Source of the DNA: Patescibacteria group bacterium
GTDB lineage: Bacteria > Patescibacteriota > Patescibacteriia > UBA10025 > JAHIVO01
Assembly: GCA_043808365.1 (NCBI GenBank)
Contig: JAZDEZ010000007.1
Span: forward strand, 73,637 to 137,636
Length of the DNA: 64,000 nucleotides
Direction: 5' to 3'
The number at the start of each line of letters is the position of its first letter. Positions within the stretch are counted from its first letter, which is position 1. Made by a program: the position numbers and the translations under genes. Below are positions 24,077 through 37,101 of the stretch, in pieces. The notes below the pieces were generated by a model. The model was given only the letters and a program-made list of their open reading frames with translations, ran no database searches and had not been told where the DNA came from.

Positions 24077-25102
24077 TTAAAGCGGCTTCACTAGCGGCAG
24101 CTTAGAAAACCAGCGCATCAGCTTGCTTGGCGCCTTGTCTTCTACCAGTTTGAGGAACAGAAGCGTCCAGGCAGAATATTGATAGCTGACGAATATGCCT
24201 CCCAAAATTCCCACCGCCAGAAACCAGGCAATGCCGCCAAGAGTGATTGCCACAATCAGGCCGGTACCGCTGCCGAAAAACATAGCCGCAATCCCAATCA
24301 AGGCGAACGGTACGGCAATGAGGCCGAGCACGAGGATAATGGCTAATCCATATACTATGCCTAATACGAGAATTACAATCGCCATTTCAACGCTCACCAG
24401 CCAGTTTTTCTTGAATAGCGCCCAGGCCAACCGCATCGCTTCACCGGCCCGCTTTCCCTGGATGACGATATATGCGACAGCGAATTTTACGATAAAGGCC
24501 GCCATGGCAGTCAGCGGGATATAAATGAAAAACAATAAAAAGACGAATATGAAACCGCCCCACAAGTTATCACGGATAAGCAGCCAGGAGATCAATGGCA
24601 GGCCCACTACCACTAATATGCCGTAAAGTATCACTTTTACAATCACGTTCAATGCCAGGACGGGCATAAAAAAACGATTCCCGACGACAAACCCTTCTCG
24701 ATGGGACGCTGGCTGATTTTTGTTGATTTTATTTACCCCGTCAAAAAGGGCGATTTGCGCGACTATCGCCAGCCACAGCATCACTAGGCCAACCACCACA
24801 ACCATCAGGATGAAGAAAAAGGCCTGCACCGGCTGGGTGCTGAAAGCATCCCTGATATTCGCCAGGATCGTCCAGATCACGCCGCCTTCCATCAAGCTGC
24901 GCATGTCCAGGATCCGGCTCGAAGTCTGGCCGATGCTGGTATAATCCCGAGTCAATGTTTCAAACTCGCCTCCGATGCCCAAAAAAGACGCAAAAAATCC
25001 GAATATCCATAAAAATTTATTAGCTTTAATGATATTAAACGCCCGTTTCAGGACGTCGCGGAAAACACTGCCGGGCACGGTCACCACTTTTGAATTAGCC
25101 AT
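24077..25102 (-). CDS. Polytopic integral membrane hypothetical protein
   Basis: 341 aa with at least 7 hydrophobic segments. No catalytic motif was recognised. Confidence 0.65.
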   Translation of the reverse strand: MANSKVVTVPGSVFRDVLKRAFNIIKANKFLWIFGFFASFLGIGGEFETLTRDYTSIGQTSSRILDMRSLMEGGVIWTILANIRDAFSTQPVQAFFFILMVVVVGLVMLWLAIVAQIALFDGVNKINKNQPASHREGFVVGNRFFMPVLALNVIVKVILYGILVVVGLPLISWLLIRDNLWGGFIFVFLLFFIYIPLTAMAAFIVKFAVAYIVIQGKRAGEAMRLAWALFKKNWLVSVEMAIVILVLGIVYGLAIILVLGLIAVPFALIGIAAMFFGSGTGLIVAITLGGIAWFLAVGILGGIFVSYQYSAWTLLFLKLVEDKAPSKLMRWFSKLPLVKPL

Positions 25103-25132
25103 AAAGCCTCCTTGGTTATTTTATTGAATTTT

Positions 25133-26974
<1,842 letters not shown>

Positions 26975-27131
26975 GAAATTGCAGAAAATATTAATTATTA
27001 TTGAAACCAAGAAAACCGTAAAATCCAGTACTATTATACCGGAAAATCGCGATTTCCGCAAATAAACCAGCTGGAAACGAAACGCGTCCCGGATTTTTGC
27101 CCGAGACGCGCTGAAAATACGATTTAACCTC

Positions 27132-28325
27132 TTACTCCTTGGCCGGAGGCTCTGCGGGCTTCTGTTCAGGGGTATCGGTAGGTACTTGGCCGCTGGCCGG
27201 TTCGGCTTCCGTCTTTATCGGCGGCGCTTTTTCGGTCAGCGCCTTGAGCGACAAGCCTAACCGGTGATGTTCCGGCTCAATCGAGAGGATCTTGAATTTA
27301 TAGCGCTCGCCGGGCTTTACGATTTTGCTCGGATCAGCGATCCGGTCAGAAGATAATTCCGAGATGTGCGCCAACCCGTGAATCTGTTCGTCCAGCTCGA
27401 CAAACGCGCCGAACGGGTTTATCTTCAGCACCTGGCCCTCGACGACCTGGCCGACTTTGTACCGTTTGGTCGCCTCTTGCCATGGGTCCAGGACCATCGA
27501 TTTCATGGATAATGAAATCCTGGATCCCTCGATATTAATGATCTTTGCCTTTACCTTATCGCCTACCTTTACATAATCAGACGGATTATCAATGCGCTGC
27601 CAAGCCAGCTCGGAGATATGGACCAAACCTTCCAGATTATCGCCAAACTCTATAAACGCCCCGAAGTCCACTACGCCCGTCACGGCTCCATCGACGACAT
27701 CGCCAACTTTATATTTTGAAATCACGTGCTGCTGCTGTTCTTCCCAGGCCGCTTTTTCCGAGACGATCAGCTTGCTGTCCATTTCCATGACGTCGATGAC
27801 TTTTACCTTCAGCTCCTGGCCGATAAATTTATTCAACAGTTCGAGGATGCGGTTCTTGTCGCCGCCTTCTACCCGGGGATAATGCTCGACAGTCAATTGG
27901 GAAACTGGCAAGAAGCCCTCAATCCGGCCGACTTTCACCATGAGACCGCCTTTATTCGCTTCGGTAACCGGGACGCTGATGACGTCAGCGCGGTGCATCA
28001 GATCGATCAGGTCGTTCCAGGCCTTTTGGTGGCCGGCCTGGCGGAAGGACAATTCCATCTGGCCGTTTTCGTTCTCCAACTCCAAAACTGTCGCCTGCAC
28101 CTTGTCGCCGACTTTTAAATTCGTATACAATCCGGATTCGTCAATCAGCTCCTTGCCGCGTACCACGCCAGTCGTAAGCCCGTCTATATCGACATGCGCC
28201 TCATTGCTGGAAACGGTCAGGATGGTGCCGTCGGCCACTTGGCCGACTTTCGGCAATACCGGCTGGTCCGCGCTTTCTAAAAGCTCGGCCATCTTTGATT
28301 TTGGCTGGATCGTTTTGTCTGTCAT
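27132..28325 (-). CDS. rpsA: 30S ribosomal protein S1 (four S1 domains)
   Basis: 397 aa with repeated S1/OB motifs (GxVxxVxxFGAFVEL/IEF ..GLVHISEL). Confidence 0.88.
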   Translation of the reverse strand: MTDKTIQPKSKMAELLESADQPVLPKVGQVADGTILTVSSNEAHVDIDGLTTGVVRGKELIDESGLYTNLKVGDKVQATVLELENENGQMELSFRQAGHQKAWNDLIDLMHRADVISVPVTEANKGGLMVKVGRIEGFLPVSQLTVEHYPRVEGGDKNRILELLNKFIGQELKVKVIDVMEMDSKLIVSEKAAWEEQQQHVISKYKVGDVVDGAVTGVVDFGAFIEFGDNLEGLVHISELAWQRIDNPSDYVKVGDKVKAKIINIEGSRISLSMKSMVLDPWQEATKRYKVGQVVEGQVLKINPFGAFVELDEQIHGLAHISELSSDRIADPSKIVKPGERYKFKILSIEPEHHRLGLSLKALTEKAPPIKTEAEPASGQVPTDTPEQKPAEPPAKE

Positions 28326-28598
28326 AAATAAAAAAATTGCCTTAACCCGCGCAGATTTTTTCCACCGCCGCGAGCCCCATGTCCTTAGCCATCAAATGCC
28401 AAGCGAACACGAGATTGATTAAGTATTAAGTTATTAATGGTTAGCCGGCTAAGTGTAGCGTATACAGCGTTTTTTGGCAAGGACTGGCTATTAACAACTC
28501 CTACATTATGTTATTTGTCACGTTTTTATTGGAAATTTTTACGGGATTAAAAAGGAACCCCCGACTATATCGCTAGGGTTCCCAAGCAAACAAAGTAC

Positions 28599-30008
28599 TT
28601 ATAGATGCATGATATCAACTCCGTAATTGAGAAGTCTCTCATGCCTAACCTCGGTTAATAATCTGAATCGATCCTGGCCAAGCTGATATTGACGAAAACG
28701 CATTTGCTCACTAAAAGCTGATGAACTGTAGTAATCACAGAACAACCGACGCTTTGCTTCAATAAGCTCTTGGTCTGTCACATACGGATCATTAACCACC
28801 ATTGGCCGTAAAAAGTGAAATTCAGAAAAGTCACTTGTCCTAAGCTGTCCCGCAAAACGGTCATCGGCAAATCCAGGAAATGGCGTAAAGAAGGTCGCCA
28901 CCAATTCATCCGGTCGCAGTTCCTGGACTGCCTTGAGAATCGCCGGGAACATTTCCAATGTATCGCCAGGGCACCACAACATGACATTAGCGATAATGAA
29001 AATACCAGCCTCTCGGACGACCTGGAAAGCCTCGACCGTCTGTGGCCAGCTCTGGACTCGCCCGAGTCGAGCACGCCCCTCCACGGTCACATGCTCAACG
29101 CCCATGTTAAAGCCAATGACTCCTGCCTTGGCCATCAGATTGATCAAATGCACATGTTTTTTGACCAATCGGACGTCGCCAAAACACTGAAACATAACCT
29201 TCCCTGACAAATCACTATTAAGTATTTGTTCGCAGACTTCGGTAAGGAGTCCTGGATAAAGCAAAGGATTTTCATCACGGATAAAGATAAAATTCACATC
29301 TTTCTTAACCAGCCCTTCTATTTCGTCCACAATTTCATCTGCTGATCTTCCTGGCGCCAATCCTCTGCCGGACGGACAATACTTGCACGAAAACGTGCAT
29401 CCGCCACGCATAACGATCGAAGCTGTCCGTTGATTATGGGACATGCCAATGAAGGTTAAATACGGGCGAATGGCCGGTTCGATTGTTACATTGAATGGGT
29501 ACCGATGTGGCAAAATTGAAACTACATCCCCATCAATAACAAGGCCGGCATACTTACCAGGTGTCAGCAAGACGTGGCTCACTCCTTCTCCGCGTCCTGT
29601 TACTATGACACTGCCAGGATAACGTCGTAGGATAGCTGAACGAAGTGCTTCGCCGCACATTGATACGTGCCAACCGCCGAAGATAAAAGGGATGTCTGAA
29701 AGGAGTAATCGTATGCGTTCGGCAATGCGTTCGGTGCGCGGCCAGCCAGCCGTGAAACTAGAGAAGCCTATACATGACGACGAAAAACTCATTATGGCGT
29801 CAATCAGCTCATCATCTGACAATAAATCACCATTGAGCACCTTCACCACAGCCTGACGATGTAAAGCCTCTGCCACCCAGGCCACCCCAGGCTCCAGATA
29901 ACTGAAACTAAAGCGCTGATCAATAAGTTCCTGCCGCTGCTGGCTGTTTGGTTCTGAGCTGATAGTAAGCTGTACAAAAAGTAACCGTTGCATCATGTTC
30001 TCCTTCAA
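28599..30008 (-). CDS. B12-binding-domain radical SAM enzyme (class B-like)
   Basis: 469 aa. The N-terminal region has an IFGGWHVS cobalamin-domain-like motif, followed by a CxxxCxxC cluster motif (GGCTFSCKYCPSG). It starts 6 nt downstream of the PKS-like gene. Confidence 0.75.
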   Translation of the reverse strand: MKENMMQRLLFVQLTISSEPNSQQRQELIDQRFSFSYLEPGVAWVAEALHRQAVVKVLNGDLLSDDELIDAIMSFSSSCIGFSSFTAGWPRTERIAERIRLLLSDIPFIFGGWHVSMCGEALRSAILRRYPGSVIVTGRGEGVSHVLLTPGKYAGLVIDGDVVSILPHRYPFNVTIEPAIRPYLTFIGMSHNQRTASIVMRGGCTFSCKYCPSGRGLAPGRSADEIVDEIEGLVKKDVNFIFIRDENPLLYPGLLTEVCEQILNSDLSGKVMFQCFGDVRLVKKHVHLINLMAKAGVIGFNMGVEHVTVEGRARLGRVQSWPQTVEAFQVVREAGIFIIANVMLWCPGDTLEMFPAILKAVQELRPDELVATFFTPFPGFADDRFAGQLRTSDFSEFHFLRPMVVNDPYVTDQELIEAKRRLFCDYYSSSAFSEQMRFRQYQLGQDRFRLLTEVRHERLLNYGVDIMHL

Positions 30009-30014
30009 TTACAA

Positions 30015-30947
30015 TTATTTCCAGCGCAATATGCAAGCGGCAGCTATCAATTCATTTGTTTCTTGCCCCGGGCCAAACGTTACTATTACACCATATGATC
30101 CAGGCTTCGGCTGCTCTTCCTGCACTTTTTTCAAGACAAAGAATACAGACGAACCGCTAATATTCCCATGTTCGCGAAGCGTCTCCTTAGAAAAATGCAA
30201 TGCCTCTTTTGGCAGTGAAAGCGACTGCTCAATCTGATTTAGAATACGGATGCCTCCAGGGTGGACGATCCAGTAGGATATTTGCTTTTGGCCAACGCTA
30301 AGCTGATTCTGTAGTGCATCGAGGCAACCCTCGACAAGCAGAGGAATCTGGGCTGGTAGCTTTGCATCAAGATGAAATTTTCCGTCGACCATGCCAACGA
30401 GCTTGCTCTGTTCTTTCTGATACACGCACCCAAGAATCTCTGGACACCCTTTCGGCACGTTACCCCCACATTCAACTAAGACTACCGACATTGCATCACC
30501 CATAATACTATAATTCACGACATCACTGCTGTTCGTGAAATCTGGTGACCAGCGTAGATAAGACTGGAGGTTGCATGCGACAATTAAGGTTCGCCCAGGA
30601 TCATTCTTGGCGTAGTCGAGCGCGAAAACCGAACCGGGGCACCAACCATAATGCGCATAACGCTTACCAGAAATCGCGTAGGCAGTTGTTAAATTCGACA
30701 CTTCGACTACCGAATCGACGTCGGGTACCTCTGGAATAATTTCGTCTAGCCGCGGGAAAAACCGTTCTTCTCTGCATGGGCCAAGCAGAACCTCTGCCGG
30801 TACACTAAAGTAACGTCGATCTACCTGGGCACGCCTGAATATAACCTTCGCGGCCCGGTTATTGCCAAGGCCGAATTTATCAACCAATTCTGCCTGCGTG
30901 TAACTGTAAGGCGGAAGCCACGTTGCTATCTGTGAAATGAATGGCAT
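30015..30947 (-). CDS. Type III polyketide synthase-like condensing enzyme (chalcone/stilbene synthase / FabH superfamily)
   Basis: 310 aa with a Cys-His-Asn triad context: YGWCPGSVFAL, WIVHPGGIRIL, EHGNISGSSVFFVL and FGPGQE. The N-terminus MPFISQIATWLPPY resembles bacterial type III PKSs. Confidence 0.7.
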   Translation of the reverse strand: MPFISQIATWLPPYSYTQAELVDKFGLGNNRAAKVIFRRAQVDRRYFSVPAEVLLGPCREERFFPRLDEIIPEVPDVDSVVEVSNLTTAYAISGKRYAHYGWCPGSVFALDYAKNDPGRTLIVACNLQSYLRWSPDFTNSSDVVNYSIMGDAMSVVLVECGGNVPKGCPEILGCVYQKEQSKLVGMVDGKFHLDAKLPAQIPLLVEGCLDALQNQLSVGQKQISYWIVHPGGIRILNQIEQSLSLPKEALHFSKETLREHGNISGSSVFFVLKKVQEEQPKPGSYGVIVTFGPGQETNELIAAACILRWK

Positions 30948-31127
30948 ATTTCCTCCGAGTATTTTATTTTTAAGGTTCTTTGTTTAACTAGAAATTTTAT
31001 ATGACAAATACAATATTGTCAATAGGAATAGACTATCTATCAATAATCTATTAATCATAACTAAATATTGACTAAAACTAGCAAAATATGATACAATTAT
31101 TATTGTCAGCGACTATTGACAAAATAT

Positions 31128-31883
31128 ATGAATATATTAGAAAAAATTGGGCTATCAGCAAATGAGGCCTCTCTATACGAAGCTTTATTAAAGCTGGGGT
31201 CGGCTAATGTTCGCCAAATATTCAGAACAACTAACATAAAGCGGCCGACAATTTACTTTTGCCTGGAAAGGCTCATTAAAATAGGCGTGGTTAACGAAAA
31301 AATCACCAAAGGCAAAAATGTCTACTCGGCGGTAGACCCGGATGAGCTTCTTAAAATTACCAGGAACCAAAAAGCTGATCTGGAAGCCAGAGAAAAAGGA
31401 CTATTAGAAGCCATTCCAAAGCTGAAAAATATGGCTAAAGCAAAAGAAGCAGCAGTAGAGGTTAGGATTTATGAGGGGCCAGAGTCTATTTGGAAGCTGA
31501 GTGACGAGCTTTTACATGACCATAACGATTTTCTATTCGTCTACTCCGGCCAAACTACACTGAAGCATGTTTCCACTGAACAATTGCTATTAAAATTTAC
31601 AAAAAGGCGGCGGCAGATCGGTGGGTCAAAAGTCTATGCCATCAGTGATATTAATCCCATCAGCGAAAAACGTCTGACCGAAGGGGACACCGACTTTCGG
31701 GAAATTCGTATCCTGAAAAAACCTATCACTTTTAATTCGATCTTTTGTTTATGCGGCAAAAAAATTATCCTCATTTCCTTACAAGGTAATCCTAAAGCAA
31801 TTGTTATCGAAAACGAGCCGATTGCCGGCATTCTTGGTTTCCTTTTTTGGACACTATGGGAGTCGCTGGATACACCACGATAA
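31128..31883 (+). CDS. TrmB-family transcriptional regulator
   Basis: MNILEKIGLSANEASLYEALLKLGSANVRQIFRTTNIKRPTIYFCLERLIKIGVV. A TTGACT-N17-ATACAA promoter and the palindrome TTGTCA-N8-TGACAA (31103-31122) lie upstream. It is divergent from the PKS/rSAM operon. Confidence 0.8.
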   Translation: MNILEKIGLSANEASLYEALLKLGSANVRQIFRTTNIKRPTIYFCLERLIKIGVVNEKITKGKNVYSAVDPDELLKITRNQKADLEAREKGLLEAIPKLKNMAKAKEAAVEVRIYEGPESIWKLSDELLHDHNDFLFVYSGQTTLKHVSTEQLLLKFTKRRRQIGGSKVYAISDINPISEKRLTEGDTDFREIRILKKPITFNSIFCLCGKKIILISLQGNPKAIVIENEPIAGILGFLFWTLWESLDTPR

Positions 31884-32069
31884 TCGTACGGCAACGGCTT
31901 TAACCTAACTGTTTATGTGGCTCGGGTAGTCCGAAGAATCAAATTGCTTAAAAATACCTAAACTTCTTTACTACCCTAAGCTACTCATCCTTGGTTGAAT
32001 TTTTGTTTATCGCATACGGTATAATGATTGAAAAAACTCCAAAAAAAAGATATACTAGGCATACAAATG

Positions 32070-32188
32070 ACTAATAACCAATATCCAATTTCCAATAAAA
32101 TCCCAATTCCCAAATGCCCAATTAATCATTGTGAAATTGGTCATTGGACATTCATTGGATATTGGAAATTGGTAATTGGAAATTGTTA
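32070..32188. repeat. AT-rich CCAAT/ATTGG long palindromic element
   Basis: Arms CCAATATCCAAT (32078-32089) and ATTGGATATTGG (32154-32165). It shares AAAATCCCAAT, ATTGGTCATT and CATTCATTGGATATTGG with 23915-24022. Confidence 0.75.
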
Positions 32189-32193
32189 AACAT

Positions 32194-33294
32194 ATGGCTC
32201 TCCCCCCGAAATACCTCCCGAAAATCAAAATGAGCACGGCCAAGACTATGGCCAAAAGCCTGGTTGCCAACCGGGTTGGCCAGAAAATCAGCGACTCCAA
32301 ATTCAAGCAGATCCTGAAAAAAGAAGATGGGCTGAAAACATACTACTACAAACCGAAAGATGCGAAAATCTCCAAGCTGCAGGCGAAAAAATTCTTCAAC
32401 CAGGTCGTTTCGACGGCCAAAAACACTCCCGGCCTGAAGATCAGCCGGCTGGCCCAAAAAATCGGCATCAAACCGAAAACAAATTTTACGCCGTCAAATA
32501 TCGCCCTGAATAAACTGTACCAAAAAGCGACTGACACCCAGCTCCAGGCCCAAGCCCCGACTGGACCGTCTCCGGAAGAAGTCCGCAAGCAACACCGGCA
32601 TGACGAGATGATGAAAACTATGCGCAAGCACGAACGGGCAGATGAAAACACCCGCAACAAATTAGCCCAGCCAGTCAGCCAGCCAAAACCAGCCAGTCAG
32701 CGTATTGCGCCCCCGACCATGCAAGGGTCGGTCAGTGGGGCAACCATCAAGCCAGTTGGCCAATCCACCGGCACACCGGCTGACCAGGCCCAACCGGCAG
32801 TAAAAAAAACCAAAGAGCCTGACCGGCCAACTTTAGCCATCATTCCGTTAATAAATTTATCTCCAGCCGCTGACCGCACCGCGTGGCTGTGCGAACGTAT
32901 CGACAAGCAAATCCGGCAAACATTGCATAATGAAAACATGTTCAACCTAGTCTCAGATCCGGCCATGCATGACGCCATCCGCCGGTATCCCCTGTCCGTG
33001 CCGGCTGACCATGGGACGCTGCACCTGATCGCGAAGGATGCGCATGCTCAGCTGATAGCCTATGGCCATCTGAAAAAAATCGGCCCTCTGGTTGAAATCA
33101 GCGTCAATCTGGCAAATACCCAGAATGACCGGCAGCTGACCCTGGCCTCCATCCGGCAGGAAACTGACGATGTTTTTGACCTGGAACGGCGGCTGGCCTG
33201 GCAGGTCTCAAATGCCCTGTCAGCCGATGAAATCGGGCCGGCGCAAAAACCGCCCGCTCCAGGAAGCAGCGAGGCGATTGACATGCCGATATAA
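32194..33294 (+). CDS. Hypothetical protein with a Lys/Pro/Gln-rich low-complexity N-terminal half
   Basis: ATG at 32194 (the track start at 32176 is a TTG inside the palindromic repeat). The C-terminal ~130 aa (TLAIIPLINLSPAADRTAWLCERIDKQIRQTL..) weakly resembles LpoB/FlgO-type alpha/beta domains. Confidence 0.55.
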   Translation: MALPPKYLPKIKMSTAKTMAKSLVANRVGQKISDSKFKQILKKEDGLKTYYYKPKDAKISKLQAKKFFNQVVSTAKNTPGLKISRLAQKIGIKPKTNFTPSNIALNKLYQKATDTQLQAQAPTGPSPEEVRKQHRHDEMMKTMRKHERADENTRNKLAQPVSQPKPASQRIAPPTMQGSVSGATIKPVGQSTGTPADQAQPAVKKTKEPDRPTLAIIPLINLSPAADRTAWLCERIDKQIRQTLHNENMFNLVSDPAMHDAIRRYPLSVPADHGTLHLIAKDAHAQLIAYGHLKKIGPLVEISVNLANTQNDRQLTLASIRQETDDVFDLERRLAWQVSNALSADEIGPAQKPPAPGSSEAIDMPI

Positions 33295-33456
33295 ATTTTC
33301 CAAACGCTGTCGAGGATGTTTCGAAGAAAAATACCAAAAAACAGGGTTTACTCCTAACCCGAAATGTGTTAATATTCCCTTACAAATATATCCAAACTTA
33401 CGTACCACCGGTTTCCGAAAACACAAAAAAACTAAGGAACTAACTCATCTCAAAAA

Positions 33457-34095
33457 ATGCAAATCACTTGGCTTGGACAATCATGTTTTAAAATACAGGG
33501 CAAGGACGTGACGGTCATCACCGACCCGTATAAAAATGACATCGGGCTGAAGCTTCCTCGACTGAACGCGGACATCGTCACTATCAGCCATGACCATCAT
33601 GACCACAATAATATTGATGCCGTCAATGGCGCCCCTTTTGTCATTGACAAGGCCGGTGAATATGAGGTAAAAAATGTTTTTATCCAGGGCATCCCCTCAT
33701 TCCATGACGGCGCGTCAGGGACCGAACGGGGGAATAACATCATCTATTTCATCCAGATGGAAGAGTTGAAGATCGCCCACCTCGGCGATCTCGGGACGAA
33801 ATTATCAGACGAACAGCTGGAAAAACTTGAGGGAGTTGACATCATCTTTATCCCGGTCGGCGGCGTGTTTACCATTGACGGCAAGCAGGCGGCTGAGGTG
33901 GTCAACCAGATGGAGCCCCGCATCGCCATCCCCATGCATTATAAAATTCCCGGACTGAACATAAAACTCCAGTCTGTCGATAAATTCTGCGATGAAATGG
34001 GCGTGAAGCAGAATGGCGCAGAAGACAAACTCAAGATAACCAAGAAGGAACTGCCGGCAGAAGAAACTCGCGTCATTATCCTCAAACCAAGCTAA
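33457..34095 (+). CDS. Metallo-beta-lactamase-fold hydrolase (UPF0173/YtkL-like)
   Basis: MQITWLGQSCFKIQGKDVTVITDPY and the SHDHHDH metal motif. Confidence 0.8.
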   Translation: MQITWLGQSCFKIQGKDVTVITDPYKNDIGLKLPRLNADIVTISHDHHDHNNIDAVNGAPFVIDKAGEYEVKNVFIQGIPSFHDGASGTERGNNIIYFIQMEELKIAHLGDLGTKLSDEQLEKLEGVDIIFIPVGGVFTIDGKQAAEVVNQMEPRIAIPMHYKIPGLNIKLQSVDKFCDEMGVKQNGAEDKLKITKKELPAEETRVIILKPS

Positions 34096-34099
34096 TACT

Positions 34100-34549
34100 A
34101 TGTCACCAGTCGATTCTATCCGCCCGCCCAGTCGGGCAAAAAAAATCACCCCGCCGCCCAGTGCCCCCGCACCGCGGGAAACCGTCCCAGCTGAAAAAAA
34201 TATAACTATGCCTGACGAATCTCCCAAAAACTTTGAGGCCAGCCTGTCACCCGCCACGACGTCACGGAAGCAAAAGACTATCGTCATGATCGTAGTGGTC
34301 ATTATGGCCCTGATCTTCATCAGCTGGGTAGCGTTATTTATGGGCGGGAAATTAACGCGTTCCAGTGCTTCAAATTTCGGATCAGTCATATCCAGCCAAT
34401 TGAAAAACCTCTGGCAAACCATCAAGACTGACATCCTAAAAATTAAAAATACGGACCTGAATGCCAATAGCGCCAATGTCAACGATGAACAGATCAAAAA
34501 ATTAGAGAACGCCGTTTTCCCGCAATTTAACGACCCGACAAAACAATAG
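34100..34549 (+). CDS. Membrane-anchored hypothetical protein
   Basis: 149 aa with a Pro-rich N-terminus and one TM segment ([23 protein letters not shown]). Confidence 0.5.
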   Translation: MSPVDSIRPPSRAKKITPPPSAPAPRETVPAEKNITMPDESPKNFEASLSPATTSRKQKTIVMIVVVIMALIFISWVALFMGGKLTRSSASNFGSVISSQLKNLWQTIKTDILKIKNTDLNANSANVNDEQIKKLENAVFPQFNDPTKQ

Positions 34550-34551
34550 CT

Positions 34552-37050
34552 ATGCCAAAACCGACCGACACCCCAAAAAAAGAACCGAAACAGGCCAAAC
34601 TGCCGTCCGCGAACCTCGGCGCCATTGAACCGCGGCCGATCGTCCAGGAAATGCAGGAATCATACCTGGACTACGCCATGTCAGTGATCATCTCGCGCGC
34701 CCTGCCTGACGTGCGCGACGGGTTGAAACCTGTCCATCGCCGCATCTTGTACGCCATGTGGTCAATCGGCCTGCGAGCCAACGTAAAATTCAGAAAATCT
34801 GCCACCGTCGTCGGTGAAGTGTTGGGCAAATACCATCCGCACGGCGATACCGCAGTATATGACTCAATGGTCCGCATGGCCCAGGACTTTTCCATGCGAT
34901 ACATGCTGGTGAATGGGCAGGGGAACTTCGGCTCAATGGACGGGGATACCGCGGCCGCCATGCGCTATACCGAAGCAAAGCTTTCCCGCGTTTCAGAAGA
35001 GCTCCTGTTCGACATCGACCGCAACACTGTTGATTTCATCCCGAACTACGACGGATCGCATCAGGAACCGACCGTCCTGCCGGCCAAGCTGCCCAACCTG
35101 CTTTTGAACGGCACGATGGGCATCGCCGTCGGCATGGCCACCTCAATCCCGCCGCATAACCTGACTGAAATCATAGACGGCATCAATTACCTCATCAACA
35201 AGCCAGAGGCTTCTGTCGCCGAGCTGATGCAATTCGTGAAAGGTCCCGATTTCCCGACCGGCGGCATCATCTACAACAAGAAAGATATCGAGCAGGCCTA
35301 CGGCACCGGCAAAGGCTCCATTGTCATGCGCGGCAAAGCGGAAATCATCGAGACAAAAACGGGATATTTCAACATTATCATCACGGAAATCCCTTTCCAG
35401 GTGAACAAGGCCGGCATGATCGAGCACATCGCCCAGCTCGTCACGGATAAAAAGCTTGAGGGCATCAAGGATCTTCGCGACGAATCGAATAAAGACGGCG
35501 TCCGCATTGTCGTGGAACTGAAAAAGGAAGCCTACCCTAAAAAAGTCCTGAACAAGCTGTACAACATGACCGACCTCCAGACGTCATTCCACGTGAACAT
35601 GCTGGCGCTGGTCGACGGCATCCAGCCGCGCGTCCTGAATCTGAAAAACGTGCTGGAAGAATACATCAAGCATCGCGAAATCGTGGTCAAGCGCCGCACG
35701 CAATATGACCTGGACAAAGCGAAAGACCGGGCGCATATCCTGGAGGGTCTGAAAAAAGCCGTAGATAAAATCGACGCGGTTATTAGGGTCATCAAAGCGT
35801 CCAAGGATAAAGAGCAGGCCAAAGTAAACTTAATGAAGCAGTTCAAGTTTACCGAACGGCAGACATTGGCCATATTAGAAATGAAATTATCGCAACTGGC
35901 TAACCTGGAACGCCTGAAAATCCAGGAGGAGCTGAAAGAGAAATTAGCTTTGATAAAAGAACTTGAATCCATCCTGTCCTCGCGCAAAAGGATCCTGTCC
36001 GTCATTACCAAAGAACTCGACGAAATCAAGGAGAAATTCGGCGACGCCCGCAAGACTGACATTAACGTATCCGCCATCGGCGAATTCAAGCAGGAAGACC
36101 TCATCCCAAACGAACCGACGGTCGTCATGGTGACCCGCGACGGCTATATCAAGCGCGTCCCGCCGGAAACATTCAAGGCGCAGAAACGCGGCGGCAAAGG
36201 CGTTATCGGGTTGACGACAAAAGAAGAAGATACCGTGGAACACCTCATTACCACGACCACCCATGCCGACCTCCTGTCTTTCACCACCCGCGGCCGCGTG
36301 TTCCAGCTGAAAGCCTACGACGTTCCGGTGGCATCCCGCACCGCCAAAGGACAGGCGATTGTCAATTTCCTTCAGCTCTCGCCAAATGAGAGCGTCGCCG
36401 CCATCATGTCTCTTGAGGAGCTGGGTGATTTTAAATATATCGTCACTGTCACCGAACACGGCATCATCAAGAAAGTTGATATTGACGACTTCAAACAGGT
36501 CCGCCGGTCGGGGCTCATCGCCGCAAAACTGAAACCGAACGATGTCCTGCGCTGGGTCAAGCCGTCGACCGGCAAGGATGACATCATTATCGTCACGGCC
36601 AACGGCCAATCCATCCGCTTCCACGAAAAACAGGTCCGTCCGATGGGCCGCAACGCTTCCGGCGTGCGGGGCATGAAACTGAAAGGATCCGACAAGATCG
36701 CCGGCATGGACATGATCAATGAAGGCAAGGCCGAACAGCACGAACAACTGTGCGTGGTGATGGAAAACGGTTTCGGCAAACGGACGGCACTCCGCAGCTA
36801 CCGCGTCCAGGGCCGTGGCGGATCAGGGGTAAAGACGGCCAAGATCACCCCGAAAACGGGAAAGATCGTCTCCGGCTTTATCGTTAATGCCAAACTGGAG
36901 GGGGAAGACGTCATTATCATGTCAGGAAAAGGCCAGGTCATCCGCCTGCCGCTGAAAACAATATCCGTACTGGGCCGCGCTACCCAGGGCGTCCGCCTGA
37001 TGCGCTTCTCTGAGGCGAATGACAAAGCATCAACCGTGACGTTTGTGTAA
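34552..37050 (+). CDS. gyrA: DNA gyrase subunit A
   Basis: 832 aa. Motifs [17 protein letters not shown] and AAMRYTE (catalytic Tyr), plus C-terminal beta-pinwheel repeats. Confidence 0.96.
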   Translation: MPKPTDTPKKEPKQAKLPSANLGAIEPRPIVQEMQESYLDYAMSVIISRALPDVRDGLKPVHRRILYAMWSIGLRANVKFRKSATVVGEVLGKYHPHGDTAVYDSMVRMAQDFSMRYMLVNGQGNFGSMDGDTAAAMRYTEAKLSRVSEELLFDIDRNTVDFIPNYDGSHQEPTVLPAKLPNLLLNGTMGIAVGMATSIPPHNLTEIIDGINYLINKPEASVAELMQFVKGPDFPTGGIIYNKKDIEQAYGTGKGSIVMRGKAEIIETKTGYFNIIITEIPFQVNKAGMIEHIAQLVTDKKLEGIKDLRDESNKDGVRIVVELKKEAYPKKVLNKLYNMTDLQTSFHVNMLALVDGIQPRVLNLKNVLEEYIKHREIVVKRRTQYDLDKAKDRAHILEGLKKAVDKIDAVIRVIKASKDKEQAKVNLMKQFKFTERQTLAILEMKLSQLANLERLKIQEELKEKLALIKELESILSSRKRILSVITKELDEIKEKFGDARKTDINVSAIGEFKQEDLIPNEPTVVMVTRDGYIKRVPPETFKAQKRGGKGVIGLTTKEEDTVEHLITTTTHADLLSFTTRGRVFQLKAYDVPVASRTAKGQAIVNFLQLSPNESVAAIMSLEELGDFKYIVTVTEHGIIKKVDIDDFKQVRRSGLIAAKLKPNDVLRWVKPSTGKDDIIIVTANGQSIRFHEKQVRPMGRNASGVRGMKLKGSDKIAGMDMINEGKAEQHEQLCVVMENGFGKRTALRSYRVQGRGGSGVKTAKITPKTGKIVSGFIVNAKLEGEDVIIMSGKGQVIRLPLKTISVLGRATQGVRLMRFSEANDKASTVTFV

Positions 37051-37076
37051 ACAATTCAATCTTTATAAAGTAAAAA

Positions 37077-37101
37077 CCTTCCCCAAACTCGGAAGGTTTT
37101 T
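37077..37101 (+). terminator. Intrinsic terminator after gyrA
   Basis: CCTTCC-N8-GGAAGG followed by T5. It ends immediately before the ATG of the GIY-YIG gene. Confidence 0.75.
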
